Positions 9,020-20,500 of a stretch of 64,000 nucleotides of DNA are shown here, in pieces. Where the stretch lies: the IMG/VR virus record IMGVR_UViG_3300014720_002669, one strand, 5' to 3'. The translations under genes and the position numbers were made by a program. Each line of letters begins with the position of its first letter. The first letter of the stretch is position 1. Under the pieces are notes generated by a model, which saw only the letters and a program-made list of their open reading frames with translations, did no database searches and had not been told where the DNA came from. The DNA is from a virus.

Positions 9020-9690
9020 TTTCAAAAAAACCTATTAAAAAACATCCCATACTTCAGGGACTACTTTTACTGGATTGCGGGGAACCACAAGTACATGACC
9101 AATTTTTTATGGACAAGTATTATATAAATCTCGTTGAGAAACTTAAAAATAAAAATTTTGAGTATATAGTCAACCACTCTTATGGATTACAAATAGATTT
9201 AAATGATACTGCCATGGCCACCACCATAAAAGTTTGTGATTATGATCACAATCATCCCATCATGCGTAACTTGTTTAAAAATTCTGGCAAAGAAAAAACT
9301 TCAACGCTGCTGTCCAAATATCTACTAAATAGAATACCAACAATTAATATTTTAAATGCTGAAGATTTTGTTTGGTTCTGTACCAAATATCTGCCAATAG
9401 AGCGTGTACAAAATTGGCTGGTGGCAGGGCACACCTGGCGAATGTGTACACATGATGCTGGGCTTGGATTACAAACGTTGGCTAGATTAACAAAAATTTA
9501 TCCTTTGAATTTTTATGCCACAGATTACAGTTTTTGTACCATGACTGAGCAAACTGCAATATTAAAAGATTTTGAACAGGACAGCATGAATTGGCGTCTT
9601 ATAGAAGGTTTTGGGTATCAACTGCTACCTCAAACAATGTTTGAGGTAGCCTACCTCAAACACAAATTAGATAAATATCCACATGCGTGA
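9016..9690 (+). CDS. Hypothetical protein, AT-rich
   Basis: 224-aa ORF with composition unlike its neighbours. Confidence 0.7.
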   Translation: MISKKPIKKHPILQGLLLLDCGEPQVHDQFFMDKYYINLVEKLKNKNFEYIVNHSYGLQIDLNDTAMATTIKVCDYDHNHPIMRNLFKNSGKEKTSTLLSKYLLNRIPTINILNAEDFVWFCTKYLPIERVQNWLVAGHTWRMCTHDAGLGLQTLARLTKIYPLNFYATDYSFCTMTEQTAILKDFEQDSMNWRLIEGFGYQLLPQTMFEVAYLKHKLDKYPHA

Positions 9691-10225
9691 ACACATTGAT
9701 CTAGTAGAAGCCAGCACAAGGCCGGCCAAATTGGAAACTACTCCCTTGCCCTACGGACCCAAGGACTTGGCTCCTGTGCTGAGTGCCGAATCCATTGACT
9801 ATCACTATGGGCACTTGGCCCGAGGCTATGCCAAGCGTTACAACGCCGGAGAAGGCAATGCGGATTTTAATCGCGCTGGCAGTTTTTTACACAATAAGTT
9901 TTTCCCTCAGCTGAGACCTGTCAAAGGTGCCAACAGACCCCGTGGTGCTGTGCTTGCCTTGATTGAAGAAAAGTTCAAGACCTGGGAAGACTTTAAGGAA
10001 CAGTTCAAAGAAGTTGCCATGAAAATCCAGGGCTCAGGTTGGGTGTATTTGAGCACCGGTGGTGACATCAAGACCATTGCCAACCATGCGGTGCGCACAG
10101 ATATCTGTGTGCTAGTTGACTGGTGGGAACATGTGTGGGCCACAGATTATCAGTGGGACAAAGAACGCTATTTAGACAATATTTGGAAAATTATTGACTG
10201 GGACGTTTGCAATGAACGCTTGTAA
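9683..10225 (+). CDS. sod: Fe/Mn superoxide dismutase with N-terminal extension
   Basis: PLPY..L.P, YHYGH, FLHN, QGSGW, DWWEH. Confidence 0.9.
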   Translation: MREHIDLVEASTRPAKLETTPLPYGPKDLAPVLSAESIDYHYGHLARGYAKRYNAGEGNADFNRAGSFLHNKFFPQLRPVKGANRPRGAVLALIEEKFKTWEDFKEQFKEVAMKIQGSGWVYLSTGGDIKTIANHAVRTDICVLVDWWEHVWATDYQWDKERYLDNIWKIIDWDVCNERL

Positions 10226-10475
10226 ACATCATGTGATGTGGTTGTTGCTGGCTGTGTTGCCTGTGGCAGCACATGCAGACATGAACGATTGTGTAAAAGA
10301 GACCAATCAAGATCGAAAGAATTACTGCATGGCCACCTACAGCGGCAGTAGCACGTTCTGTGAAAAGATCCAGCACTTTGGAGATCGAACACAGTGCATG
10401 CGAATGGTAGTGGCCGCACAGCGCCGAAACGTGTACCAGACCCCTCGACCACCCCTAAAGGAAGAAACAAAATGA
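10212..10475 (+). CDS. Secreted Cys-containing protein
   Basis: Signal peptide [14 protein letters not shown]; start uncertain. Confidence 0.6.
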   Translation: MNACKHHVMWLLLAVLPVAAHADMNDCVKETNQDRKNYCMATYSGSSTFCEKIQHFGDRTQCMRMVVAAQRRNVYQTPRPPLKEETK

Positions 10476-10792
10476 ACCTACTACCCCCAGCTGTTGACAA
10501 ATTAAAAGAACTTGTGGCCGAAGAAGGCAATCCTGAACTAAAACTGCGTGTGTTTGTGCAGGGCGGGGGATGCTCAGGATTCAGTTATGGCTTTACCTTT
10601 GACGAAGCCAAAAACGAAGATGACTTTGATTTTGTCTACGACACTGTGCAAGTTGTAGTAGATGCCATGAGCATGCAGTATCTACAAGGGTCAGCAATTG
10701 ACTTCAAAGAGGATGCCATGGGAGCCAGCTTTGTGATCAACAATCCGCAAGCAGTTTCAACCTGCGGATGTGGATCAAGTTTCAGCGTGTGA
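10472..10792 (+). CDS. erpA: Fe-S cluster insertion protein (ErpA/IscA family)
   Basis: [20 protein letters not shown]. Confidence 0.92.
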   Translation: MNLLPPAVDKLKELVAEEGNPELKLRVFVQGGGCSGFSYGFTFDEAKNEDDFDFVYDTVQVVVDAMSMQYLQGSAIDFKEDAMGASFVINNPQAVSTCGCGSSFSV

Positions 10793-10985
10793 TCAACCAA
10801 CTCTGATACATGTGCATCAACACATGGTCCAAGGGTTGGCCGTGTTTGATGTGTGCAATAAATGGCGACTCAGGCATGATTTTGTCAAATAAGTCCACAT
10901 TGTCTGTGACCAATGCAAACAATTGATTTATTTCTGCAGGGCTCAGTGCAGACAACACATTTTCTGTCAGTGCTTGATACATCAT
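10782..10985 (-). CDS. Hypothetical protein
   Basis: AAGGA SD; downstream of the Gly-rich gene. Confidence 0.55.
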   Translation of the reverse strand: MMYQALTENVLSALSPAEINQLFALVTDNVDLFDKIMPESPFIAHIKHGQPLDHVLMHMYQSWLITR

Positions 10986-10991
10986 ATTCCT

Positions 10992-12869
10992 TTATTTAAA
11001 CAACCAAGATTTTAGTTTATATCCAATTGTGATCACGGTGACTGCTGCCAGCAACACTGACACCACACTCCATATGGTCAATATTTTCACAGGCAACGGT
11101 AACTGTTTGCCGTTCAATCTTGATATGATTCTATTTAATGGCATGCCAATGTTCATGATCAATTTGCCAGCTGGGTTGGATTGAGTATAACCCGGCGCTT
11201 GCATGCGATAGGCCATTTCTTCTGCCCAAGGTCTAGCCAGCAAGTTCATGTAGTAAATCACCATGCGTTTTTGTATATCCACACGTTTTTCAGCATCCTT
11301 CTGCCAGAACAGCACCCAACGCCGCAGTTGCTCGCTGCCTTGACCGTCCATGAGATCTACCACAGTCTGTGCCCAACGCAGATATCCGTGATAAGCCGCT
11401 GGATCTTTGACTTTTAATTCTCGTCCAAATTGTTGATCTGCTGCATTCATGGCTGAATCAAAATATCCCAGTTGGGCCAACTTGTTGCAGATAATTTTGC
11501 CGCCACCACCGCCACCATTGCCACCTTCAGTGGTGCGTGAATTGGTTCCAAAGTTCTCGTTGACGGGCGATACCACAAATGCTGGAGCATAGTTGCTGTT
11601 GGTTCCGGTCACAGGTTTCCACTCTCCTGACTGATAGATAAACACCCCTTGCACTTCTTTCCACACACCTTGATCGTTCACATAAGGCGTACTGGGGTTC
11701 CACTGACCAAATTGATACACTTGCACAGTGTCAGGTTCAATTTCCAACACAGCATAACCACCATTGCCTGCTTGAGCAACGCCACCGCCTAGGCCAGCAC
11801 CACCTGCATAATACACTGATGAGTCATTGCCAGGTGTGCGTCCCACTGGGTTGGCAATAACATCACCTATACTCAGACCAAATGCGCCTGCCAATGCCCC
11901 AGAATCTCCACCCACAGTGGCGCCACCGTTGCCCCCGCGATCTCCGCCACCACCGCCACCGCCACCGCCCCCGTCGCCACTTTTGTCTTGACCATTTTGT
12001 CCGTTGGTGGTGTATTGTATGGCTTGGCCAGCTGTGCCCGGTGCATTTTGTGCAAAATTATTGTTGTTGCCACCGCCTCCTCCGGCTGCTCCGCCTCCAG
12101 CAATGGCCTGTATATCATTTCCTACCAAAAGCACTGTGGCACCACCGCCTCCACCGCCCCCACCCGATGTGCCTGATCCACCAGCATTGCCACCACGGCC
12201 ACCACCATAGCCATCAATGTTGTTTTGGGTAACTCTCAGAGCAAACCCTGCAGGTCCACCGCCGCTGTTGACTGCCACCCAACTTAGAACATGCACACCA
12301 GCAGAGATTGACACATTTGACAAAGTAGGCGGTGGGTCAGACGCATAACTACCTGCTGTGACCACTATTGGCACACCGTCCAAACTGACCACCGCTTCAT
12401 CATCGGCTGCACAGTACCAGCTGTACAGTCCCGTAACGGGAAAATTAACATTGTAACTTCTGGAAAAAGTTCGTCCGTCAGCCCACACTGCATTGGAATT
12501 CATAAAGTCACTCCAAGATCGCCAGGTCACTGCGCCCACTGCTGCCGGTCCGGCAGGCGGATATCTAGTGTTGAATACTACGCCGGTATAACTGCCACCC
12601 CCAGCGCCGCCACCCCCAGCTGATCTACTGCTGAGTCCACCACCGCCCCCACCACCCACAGCCACAGTGATCACTTGACCGGATTGTATAGGGAATGTAA
12701 TTCTACTGAATCCACCGCCACCACCTGTGCCTCCAGGTCTACTGTCATTGCCGCCGCCACCCCCACCGCCTGCCCAGAGATAGGCAGTGACATTGCCTTT
12801 GTAGCCCACAGGCATGGTCAGTGTTTGCAGTGCACCGGTATACCCGATGGCTCGTATAATTTGTTTCAT
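10992..12869 (-). CDS. Glycine-rich virion/tail-fibre-associated protein with PA14-like insert and C-terminal KIIC domain
   Basis: Poly-Gly runs; AADDEA...LDG motif; helical C-terminal domain ending in a TM segment. Confidence 0.75.
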   Translation of the reverse strand: MKQIIRAIGYTGALQTLTMPVGYKGNVTAYLWAGGGGGGGNDSRPGGTGGGGGFSRITFPIQSGQVITVAVGGGGGGGLSSRSAGGGGAGGGSYTGVVFNTRYPPAGPAAVGAVTWRSWSDFMNSNAVWADGRTFSRSYNVNFPVTGLYSWYCAADDEAVVSLDGVPIVVTAGSYASDPPPTLSNVSISAGVHVLSWVAVNSGGGPAGFALRVTQNNIDGYGGGRGGNAGGSGTSGGGGGGGGATVLLVGNDIQAIAGGGAAGGGGGNNNNFAQNAPGTAGQAIQYTTNGQNGQDKSGDGGGGGGGGGGDRGGNGGATVGGDSGALAGAFGLSIGDVIANPVGRTPGNDSSVYYAGGAGLGGGVAQAGNGGYAVLEIEPDTVQVYQFGQWNPSTPYVNDQGVWKEVQGVFIYQSGEWKPVTGTNSNYAPAFVVSPVNENFGTNSRTTEGGNGGGGGGKIICNKLAQLGYFDSAMNAADQQFGRELKVKDPAAYHGYLRWAQTVVDLMDGQGSEQLRRWVLFWQKDAEKRVDIQKRMVIYYMNLLARPWAEEMAYRMQAPGYTQSNPAGKLIMNIGMPLNRIISRLNGKQLPLPVKILTIWSVVSVLLAAVTVITIGYKLKSWLFK

Positions 12870-12870
12870 A

Positions 12871-14526
12871 TCAATCGATCAAGTACCAAATATCCCCATT
12901 TTGTCCACCAAACGGTAGACTGGTGCTGACTGTTCTGTTGCCAAATCCATTGCTGCCAGCAGCAATACTCAAGGTTCTGTCGGTGCTGATATCGCCACCG
13001 CCAGACAAGCCGGCTCCGGCAATAACTTGTGTGGTCTGCGAAGCTGCGCCCAGGTTAAATCTAGCAAGAGCCACATTGGCGCTGCCAGTACCTCCTGACA
13101 ACACAGGCAATGGAGTGATGCCTGAAATAGTACCACCAGTTATGCTCACACTGCCGTCATTTTGCACAGCCATGGTGCCCACTGCTGTGATAGCTCCTGA
13201 TTGCAGTCCCAAATTGAGTCTGGCAATGTTGGCAGTGGCTCCACCTGTGCCGCCAGCTGATACAGGCAGCGGTGTATCCAAGCCTGAAATTGCACCACCA
13301 GTTATGTTGATGTTGTTGGCATTTTGAGTGCTGACAGAGCCCAAGCCCAAACTGACTCTGGCATTGCTGGCACTGTTTGCCCCGGTACCACCTGAAGCCA
13401 CAGGCAACGGTGTGCCTAATCCTGTGATGGTACCGCCTGTGATGGCCACTGCAGAAGCATTTTGTACAGCCATGGTACCCACAGTGGTCACAGCACCTGA
13501 TTGCAGTCCCAAATTGGTTCTGGCCTGTGGTGCAGAATTGGCTCCTGTGCCACCATCTGCCACAGCTATTGGCACTATGTTGTTGATGGTGCCTCCGCTG
13601 ATGCTGACTGAGTTGGCGTTTTGTACAGCCATGGTGCCTACCAGCTGTCCTGGAGTCACTGCATTGGTCACAAACTCGGTGGTAGCAATTTGCGTATTTG
13701 CAGTGCCGTTGCCCGCTGTGGGTGCAGTGGGCGAACCACTAAATGCAGTACTGACTGTGGCCTGTTGCACAAATCCTGTGGTGGCAATCTGCAGATTGGC
13801 TGTGCCTGGCGGCGCAGTGGGTGCTGTGGGAACGCCTGTAAAGTCTGGCGAAACTTTCTCACTTTGTACAAAAGCTGTGGTGGCCAACTGAGTAGAATTG
13901 GTTCCTGCCGTAGCAGTGGGTGCAACAGGTGTGCCTAACAACACAATGTTGACTTTTTGTTGTTGTACAAACGCTGTGGTGGCCAACTGGGTGCTGGATG
14001 TACTGGCTGCGGCAGTGGGTGCTGTGGGTGTACCTGTGAAGTTCGGGCTGTTGGTCACAAATGCTGTGGTAGCTAATTGGGCTGTGGAAGTTCCGGCTGC
14101 GGCAGTGGGTGCTGTGGGTGTGCCTGCAAAAGCTGGACTGCTGGTCACAAATGCTGTGGTAGCTAATTGGGCTGTGGAAGTTCCGGCTGCGGCAGTGGGT
14201 GCTGTGGGCGTTCCTGTGAAAGCTGGGGATATTTTTGCATCTTCCACATAGTCTTCGCTGGCCAATTGAGACCAGGTATTTGATGTGTTGAAGTAGTTCA
14301 GCACATCTGTGCTACTGTTGTACCATAATTGCCCCAATATAGGCTGCACAGGCGCTGTGCCACGGGCAAAATTTTCCAGCAAAAACACATAGTTTTCGTT
14401 TTGAAATTCACCATAATTGGTCACAGCCCGCCCGACCAGGGCCAGATCAGTAGCGGTGGTATTTACGGTGCCATCGCCCACCACTGTGACAATTTGACCC
14501 CGACTGTTGTTGATGATATAGCTCAT
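12871..14526 (-). CDS. Tail fibre protein
   Basis: YGEFQNENYVFLLENFA N-terminus; FTGTPTAPT...QLATTAFV and GGTGA...ARxNLGL repeats. Confidence 0.85.
   Translation of the reverse strand: MSYIINNSRGQIVTVVGDGTVNTTATDLALVGRAVTNYGEFQNENYVFLLENFARGTAPVQPILGQLWYNSSTDVLNYFNTSNTWSQLASEDYVEDAKISPAFTGTPTAPTAAAGTSTAQLATTAFVTSSPAFAGTPTAPTAAAGTSTAQLATTAFVTNSPNFTGTPTAPTAAASTSSTQLATTAFVQQQKVNIVLLGTPVAPTATAGTNSTQLATTAFVQSEKVSPDFTGVPTAPTAPPGTANLQIATTGFVQQATVSTAFSGSPTAPTAGNGTANTQIATTEFVTNAVTPGQLVGTMAVQNANSVSISGGTINNIVPIAVADGGTGANSAPQARTNLGLQSGAVTTVGTMAVQNASAVAITGGTITGLGTPLPVASGGTGANSASNARVSLGLGSVSTQNANNINITGGAISGLDTPLPVSAGGTGGATANIARLNLGLQSGAITAVGTMAVQNDGSVSITGGTISGITPLPVLSGGTGSANVALARFNLGAASQTTQVIAGAGLSGGGDISTDRTLSIAAGSNGFGNRTVSTSLPFGGQNGDIWYLID
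14052..14208. repeat. Near-perfect 90-bp-period tandem repeat inside the tail fibre gene
   Basis: TGGTCACAAATGCTGTGGTAGCTAATTGGGCTGTGGAAGTTCCGGCTGCGGCAGTGGGTGCTGTGGG occurs twice, 90 bp apart. Confidence 0.9.
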
Positions 14527-14595
14527 TGCACACTCCGATTGTCAGTATTTAGTGGTATCAAGGCGTTTGGTAAATACATCACTGGAACATAAAAT

Positions 14596-16986
14596 ATGGC
14601 ACAAGAAATTATCAACATAGGACCTGCACCCAACGACGGGCTAGGGGATCCGCTGCGAACGGCGTTTACCAAAACCAACAACAACTTTAGTCAATTGTTT
14701 GCAGCCGGCGGGGTGAGTGGTATTTCAAATGGCACCAGCAATGTCACTGTGTTACAAGATGCACAAGTGAACATATCATCGGGCAACATATCCAATGTTG
14801 TAGTGGTCACTGCTGTGGGGGCCACAGTCAAAGGCACACTGATTGCCAACGCTGCCATGAGTGCCACGGGCAACATCACTGCAGGACAGTTCTTTTTTGG
14901 CAACGGTTCACAGCTGACCGGTGTGGTGTCTGTAGCTGCGGCTGCGCTGATAACTGGCAACACCCTGAGTTCAAACGTAGTAACCAGCAGTTTGACCACT
15001 GTGGGCACACTGGGCACACTGTCAGTGTCTGGCAACATAACCTCTGGCAACATCAGTTCGCCAGGGCAAGTGGTTGCCACAGGCAACATCACAGGTGGCA
15101 ACTTGTCAGCCACCACACAAATCAATGCCTCGGGCAACATAACCGGCGGCAACTTGATCACTGCAGGTGTGGTAAGTGTGGGTGGTGCTGTGAGTGCAGC
15201 AGGCAATGTCACTGGTGCTTTTCTCATTGGCAACGGCAGTCAAATCAGCGGCTTGAGCATCAGCTCAAATGCTGCACTGTTGGTGGGCACTGTGCTCAGC
15301 GCCAACGTGGTAGACAGCAGCCTGCAGAGTGTGGGTTCATTGAACAGTCTTGTGGTCAGCAATGCCCTGGGAGGTTCAGGCAATGTCACCAGCAACAACG
15401 TCAATGTTGGCACTCAAATTTCTGCCACAGGCAACATCACAGGTGGCAACATCAACACAGCCGGGGTGGTCAGTTCATCAGGCACCATAGTGGCCACAGG
15501 CAACATCACTGGTGGCAATTTGTCAGTTGGTCTAGGCAATATCATTGGTGGCAACATTGACATCAATACAGAAATCAAATCTGGTGCCACTGTCACTGCT
15601 GTGGGCAACATTACAGGCGGCAACCTGCGCACAGCAGGACAAGTATCGGCCACAGGCCTGATCACTGGTGGCAACATAACCACAGTGGGCACAGCCAATC
15701 TCAATGCAGTGACAGTGCCTACCACAGTGTCTGCAGTGGGCAACGTCACTGGTGGCAACGTCAACAGTGGCAACGTGGTATCGGCCACTGGCAACGTGGT
15801 GGCAGGCAATGTGACTTCTCTGGGACTTATCTCCAGCTCAGGCAATGTAACAGCACCCAACTTTATCGGCAATGTGATTGGCAATATCTCGGGCAACTTG
15901 TCTGCACCTGGCGCCAACACACAAGTGATATTCAATGACTCAGCCACTGCCAATGCCACTGCCAATCTGACTTTTGACAAGGCCACAAATGCACTCACTG
16001 CTGCTGGTACCATCACTGGCGGCAATTTGACCACTGGTGGTAATTTGAGCGTAACCGGCGACTCCATACTGGTTGGCAATCTTATAGTGAGTGGTACCAC
16101 CGAATACAACAACGTGACCAATCTTGCCATTCAAGATCCTATTATTACACTGGGGCGCGGTGCCAACAACTCACCATTGGTTTCCACCACCACCACCGAT
16201 CGCGGCGAACAACTGTATTATTATTCTGGCACAGAAAAATCAGCATTTATTGGATATCAATCCAGCTCAGGCAAATTGATTGCCGCGGTGTCTGCTGCTG
16301 TGACCAACGAAATAGTTACTGTAACCACTGCAGGCAGTTTTGTAGTGGGTACCTTGGAAGGTGCTGTGGTTTCAGTAACAGGCAATATCACAGGTGGCAA
16401 TGTGCTGGGTGGTGCCAATGTCAATGCCACCACACACACAGGTACCACAGTTTCAGTCACAGGCAACATCACAGGTGGCAATGTGCTGGGTGGTGCCAAT
16501 GTCAATGCTACCACGCACACAGGTACCACAGCCAGTTTGAGTGGCAACGTCACAGGTGGCAACATCAACACAGCTGGTATTGTCAGTGCTGGCAGCAACG
16601 TGATCAGCGGGGCTTTGGTTCAAGGTGCAAGTTTGAGTGTTACAGGAAACACTGCCACAGTGACCACAGCCAACTACACCATTGGCTACAGAGATCTACC
16701 ACAGATCACTTCATTTGCTACACTGGTTGCAGATGCCGGCGGCAAACACTACTACGGTTCAGGCACCATTACTATTCCTTTGAACAGTACCATTGCATTT
16801 GCTGTGGGCACTGCTGTGTTGATCATTGCCAACGGTGCAACAGTAATCTCGCCAACAGCTGGTGTGACCCTGGTTGAAGCAGGCACAGGCAACACTGGCG
16901 CTAGAAATTTGGCCAGCAATGGACAAGCAACCTTGGTCAAAGTTGGTACCAACACCTGGTATATCTCTGGCGTGGGAATAACCTAA
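14596..16986 (+). CDS. Tail fibre protein with TGNITGGN repeats
   Basis: INIG..PNDG.GD.LR.AF.K.N.NF N-terminus typical of T4-like fibre/baseplate proteins; many GNITGGN repeats. Confidence 0.85.
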   Translation: MAQEIINIGPAPNDGLGDPLRTAFTKTNNNFSQLFAAGGVSGISNGTSNVTVLQDAQVNISSGNISNVVVVTAVGATVKGTLIANAAMSATGNITAGQFFFGNGSQLTGVVSVAAAALITGNTLSSNVVTSSLTTVGTLGTLSVSGNITSGNISSPGQVVATGNITGGNLSATTQINASGNITGGNLITAGVVSVGGAVSAAGNVTGAFLIGNGSQISGLSISSNAALLVGTVLSANVVDSSLQSVGSLNSLVVSNALGGSGNVTSNNVNVGTQISATGNITGGNINTAGVVSSSGTIVATGNITGGNLSVGLGNIIGGNIDINTEIKSGATVTAVGNITGGNLRTAGQVSATGLITGGNITTVGTANLNAVTVPTTVSAVGNVTGGNVNSGNVVSATGNVVAGNVTSLGLISSSGNVTAPNFIGNVIGNISGNLSAPGANTQVIFNDSATANATANLTFDKATNALTAAGTITGGNLTTGGNLSVTGDSILVGNLIVSGTTEYNNVTNLAIQDPIITLGRGANNSPLVSTTTTDRGEQLYYYSGTEKSAFIGYQSSSGKLIAAVSAAVTNEIVTVTTAGSFVVGTLEGAVVSVTGNITGGNVLGGANVNATTHTGTTVSVTGNITGGNVLGGANVNATTHTGTTASLSGNVTGGNINTAGIVSAGSNVISGALVQGASLSVTGNTATVTTANYTIGYRDLPQITSFATLVADAGGKHYYGSGTITIPLNSTIAFAVGTAVLIIANGATVISPTAGVTLVEAGTGNTGARNLASNGQATLVKVGTNTWYISGVGIT

Positions 16987-17495
16987 TGACTGGTATCATG
17001 GCTGCTGTGGCCGGCACATCACAAAACATAATTTATGCAGCCGGATTGTACAACACCACCACTGGTGTGGATCAGTCTCCCATCACTGGCAGTGTCACTA
17101 TATTCGGCGGCAGCTCCAGTGTCGATCAAACTTGGATAGGATATTTTACTCCTGACAGCACGGCCACAGTGAGTTTGAGTCTACAGACCACAGCATCCAC
17201 CGGGAATTTTTTAGACAGTGCATCAACTACCGGCAGACTCTGGTTGGGCGCCACAGCCAAGTCTGGATTCACTACTGGCAATGCCAACATCACAGCCACA
17301 GGCAATCAAACAGTCAGCGCCAGTTTCCCAATGTCTCTGGGCGTGCGGTATGCCATTCGCATTCAATGGGTTGGAAGTTATAGTGTGGGGGGAGTATTTG
17401 GAGATTCGTCTAGTGGATCGCTGACATTCTTGGCCTCAGGATCCAGCAATGTAACCAATAGAATTTTCTACAACAGCATCACCAATGGCTTCTAA
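16986..17495 (+). CDS. Fibre-associated protein, PA14-like
   Basis: WIGYF, LWLG, YAIRIQW; coupled to the fibre gene. Confidence 0.6.
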   Translation: MTGIMAAVAGTSQNIIYAAGLYNTTTGVDQSPITGSVTIFGGSSSVDQTWIGYFTPDSTATVSLSLQTTASTGNFLDSASTTGRLWLGATAKSGFTTGNANITATGNQTVSASFPMSLGVRYAIRIQWVGSYSVGGVFGDSSSGSLTFLASGSSNVTNRIFYNSITNGF

Positions 17496-17530
17496 CCCTA
17501 CAATAAATATGCACAAGGCACAATAATAAC

Positions 17531-20500
17531 ATGGCACAACCTGTATGGATCACTCCCGCTGGCAGCTTGGGCATCATACCCGAGGGCCTGTTCTATCAAC
17601 AGGACATGCTGGCCTATCCTGCCATAACTGGCACAGCCGTGATCAACACTGCTGTGATTGTGAACGTCACAGATTTTGACAACATTGAAATTGGTGATCA
17701 GCTGTACAGCACACTGTTTCCCACATTTACATTTGTTGTGGCTATCAACACCACAAACAAAACCATCACAGTGGATCAACAGGCCCTGAATGATGCTGTG
17801 GCCACAGACATTGCCTACATAGGTGGCCAGATATTTTACAGCGTCATCAGCGGACTGCTGCCACAGGGCATACAACTTACCAATGCTGGTACCATCACTG
17901 GAGTTTCCTTTGCATCTGCCAGTCAGCAAGGTGTGCCAGTGCCGGTCAACAAAAACGTCACCAGCAAGTTTGCCATCAGAGCATACACCACCAAAGTGGT
18001 CAATGGCCAAACAGTGGTGGCACGACTGCGTGATCGAACCTTTGATCTCACCATCAGCGGCAATGATGTGCCAGACTTTGTCACGCCTGCTGGCAGCATA
18101 GGCACGTTCTACGACGGTGACGAAGTTGACATTCAAATACAATTCACTGACGTTGACCCCGACGAAACCATTGCAGTGACTTTGCTTGATGGCTCAATGC
18201 CACTGGGTCTGACCTTGACCAGTCTGGGGCGTATTTCAGGATACATTGCTCCGTTTCCCAATGTCAACGAACCCCCGGGCTATGACTTAGATCCAATCAG
18301 TGTGTTGCCATTTGACTTTGTGGTCAGTGCCATCAACAAAAACTATCAATTTACCCTGGAAGTGTCTGACGGCAAAAGCAGCAGCATACGCACCTTTACT
18401 ATATTTGTGTATGACCGGTCTGAGCTCACAGCTGACACCACTGAGATTTTGGGCGATACCACTGAGGTGGATGCCAGCCAGACCACTGAACGAGCTCCAT
18501 TCTTGACCAATGCCGAACCCACCAGTATTGGTCGTGTGCGCAGTGACAATTATTTTGCTTATCAATTTTTAGGCGACGACTACGACACCGCAGACATTGA
18601 ATATCTCATCACAGTAAATCAAGGCCTGGGCTTGCCGCCAGGGCTTACACTGGACGCCACGTCAGGTTGGCTGTATGGCTATATTCCCGATCAGGGCATA
18701 ACTGAAATTACCTACAGCTTTTACATTCAGGTACGGCAAGTGGACAACCCAGCCATCACCAGCCAGCTGTACCCATTTACTATTACCATTATTGCCATTG
18801 ACGACGATGCTGCTTTCTGGGTGACTGACGCTGACCTTGGTGTAGTGGAAAACGGCAGCACCAGCCTGCTGTATGTGGAAGCTCAGGCTCGCAACGGGGC
18901 AGTGCTGAACTATCGTCTCAAATCTGGTGCATTCAATCAGTTGCCACAAGGACTGGAATTGTTGGCCACTGGCGAATTGGCCGGCAGAATAACTTTCAAT
19001 ACATTTGCACTGGATCTGGGATCAACCACATTTGACATTGATCTTGGAGTGACCACGGGCATAGATCCCACCACGTTTGACAGCAAATTTACATTTGAGA
19101 TCAATGCATTTGCACCTGGCAGCAATCAGGCCTTGTACAAGGTCATTGGCATCACTGTGATCAGTGGCGGCACAGGTTATAATTCAGCCACCCCGCCTAC
19201 CATTGTGTTCAGCAATCCAGCAGGTAGCACAGCAGTGGCAGCTGTGGCAGGTGCAGCAGTGATTTCAGCTGGTGTTATTGTGAGTGTGCCAGTGGTAAAT
19301 CCTGGCTCAGGATACCTGTCAACACCCACTGTGACCATCACTGCAGGATTTGGTGGCAGTGGTGCTGTGTTGCAGGCACAGATCCAACAAGTGGCCAGCA
19401 TAGATTCAATCAGTGTGTTCAAAACATTCACTGTCACTGTGGATCGTGAATACAACTATCCCTATCAAAATCTCTTTTGCCTGGCACTGCCACCAGCCAA
19501 TGATCGACTGTTGTTGAATCAACTGTTGACCAATCAAGAAATTTTTGTGCCTGAATTTATCTATCGTCCGCAAGATGCCAATTTTGGTGTGAGCACACGA
19601 GTCAAGTACGAACATGCCTATGGACTTGCACCAGAATCCATTGACACTTATGTCAGCAGCTTGTACACCAGTCACTACTGGAAAAATCTCATACTGGGCG
19701 GTATCAACACTGCTCAGGCCCTGGACGCTAGTGGCAATGTGGTATATGAAGTGGTCTACAGCAAAATCATTGACAACTTGGTCAACAATGTTGGCCAAAG
19801 CGTGAATCGCATTGTGAATTTGCCCTACAGTATCATTGATCCTGCAGATGGCAGCACCGTGGTCACACAGGTGTATCCCAACAGTTTGAAAAACATGCGG
19901 GATCAGGTCATAGACGTGGTTGGGCAGATCAGCACCAAACTACCACTGTGGATGACTAGCAAACAAACCAATGGTCGTGTGCTGGGATTCACACCAGCCT
20001 GGGTGATATGTTATGCACAACCTGGACGCAGTGCGCAGATTGCTTATTACATTCAAGAATATTTTGCACAAAATTTAAACACTGTGGATTTCAAAGTGGA
20101 TCGATATGTGTTGGATCGAACACTGAGCAAAAATTGGAACACCCAGTCTCAGACTTGGACACCACAAGGTACATTGACCACTTTTGATTTCCAGAATACC
20201 ACTGGCTTTGAAAACCTGGGATTGGTACAGTGTGCTACCAATCTAGGCTACTCGGACATAAACTATCGTACCATTGGTGAGATAAACGCCAATGGCGGTA
20301 TAGACGGGCTCACTGCTATTTCGTCACCAGGTGTGGATCCTCCACCAGGCACTAGAGTGCTGGTAACCTCAGGTACCAAGATAGTATTTGTAAAACAGCA
20401 AGATTACGGCAATTATACCACCACGGACGATGCCTGGCAGGATTATGTCATACTGTATGACAGTGTGGGATTTGATGCTCCCGGCACCACATTTGACGAG

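Noticed and set aside
12923-16955. Long antisense ORFs opposite the tail fibre genes
   Set aside because: They are shadows of Gly/Thr/Ala/Asn-rich repeats with biased codons.
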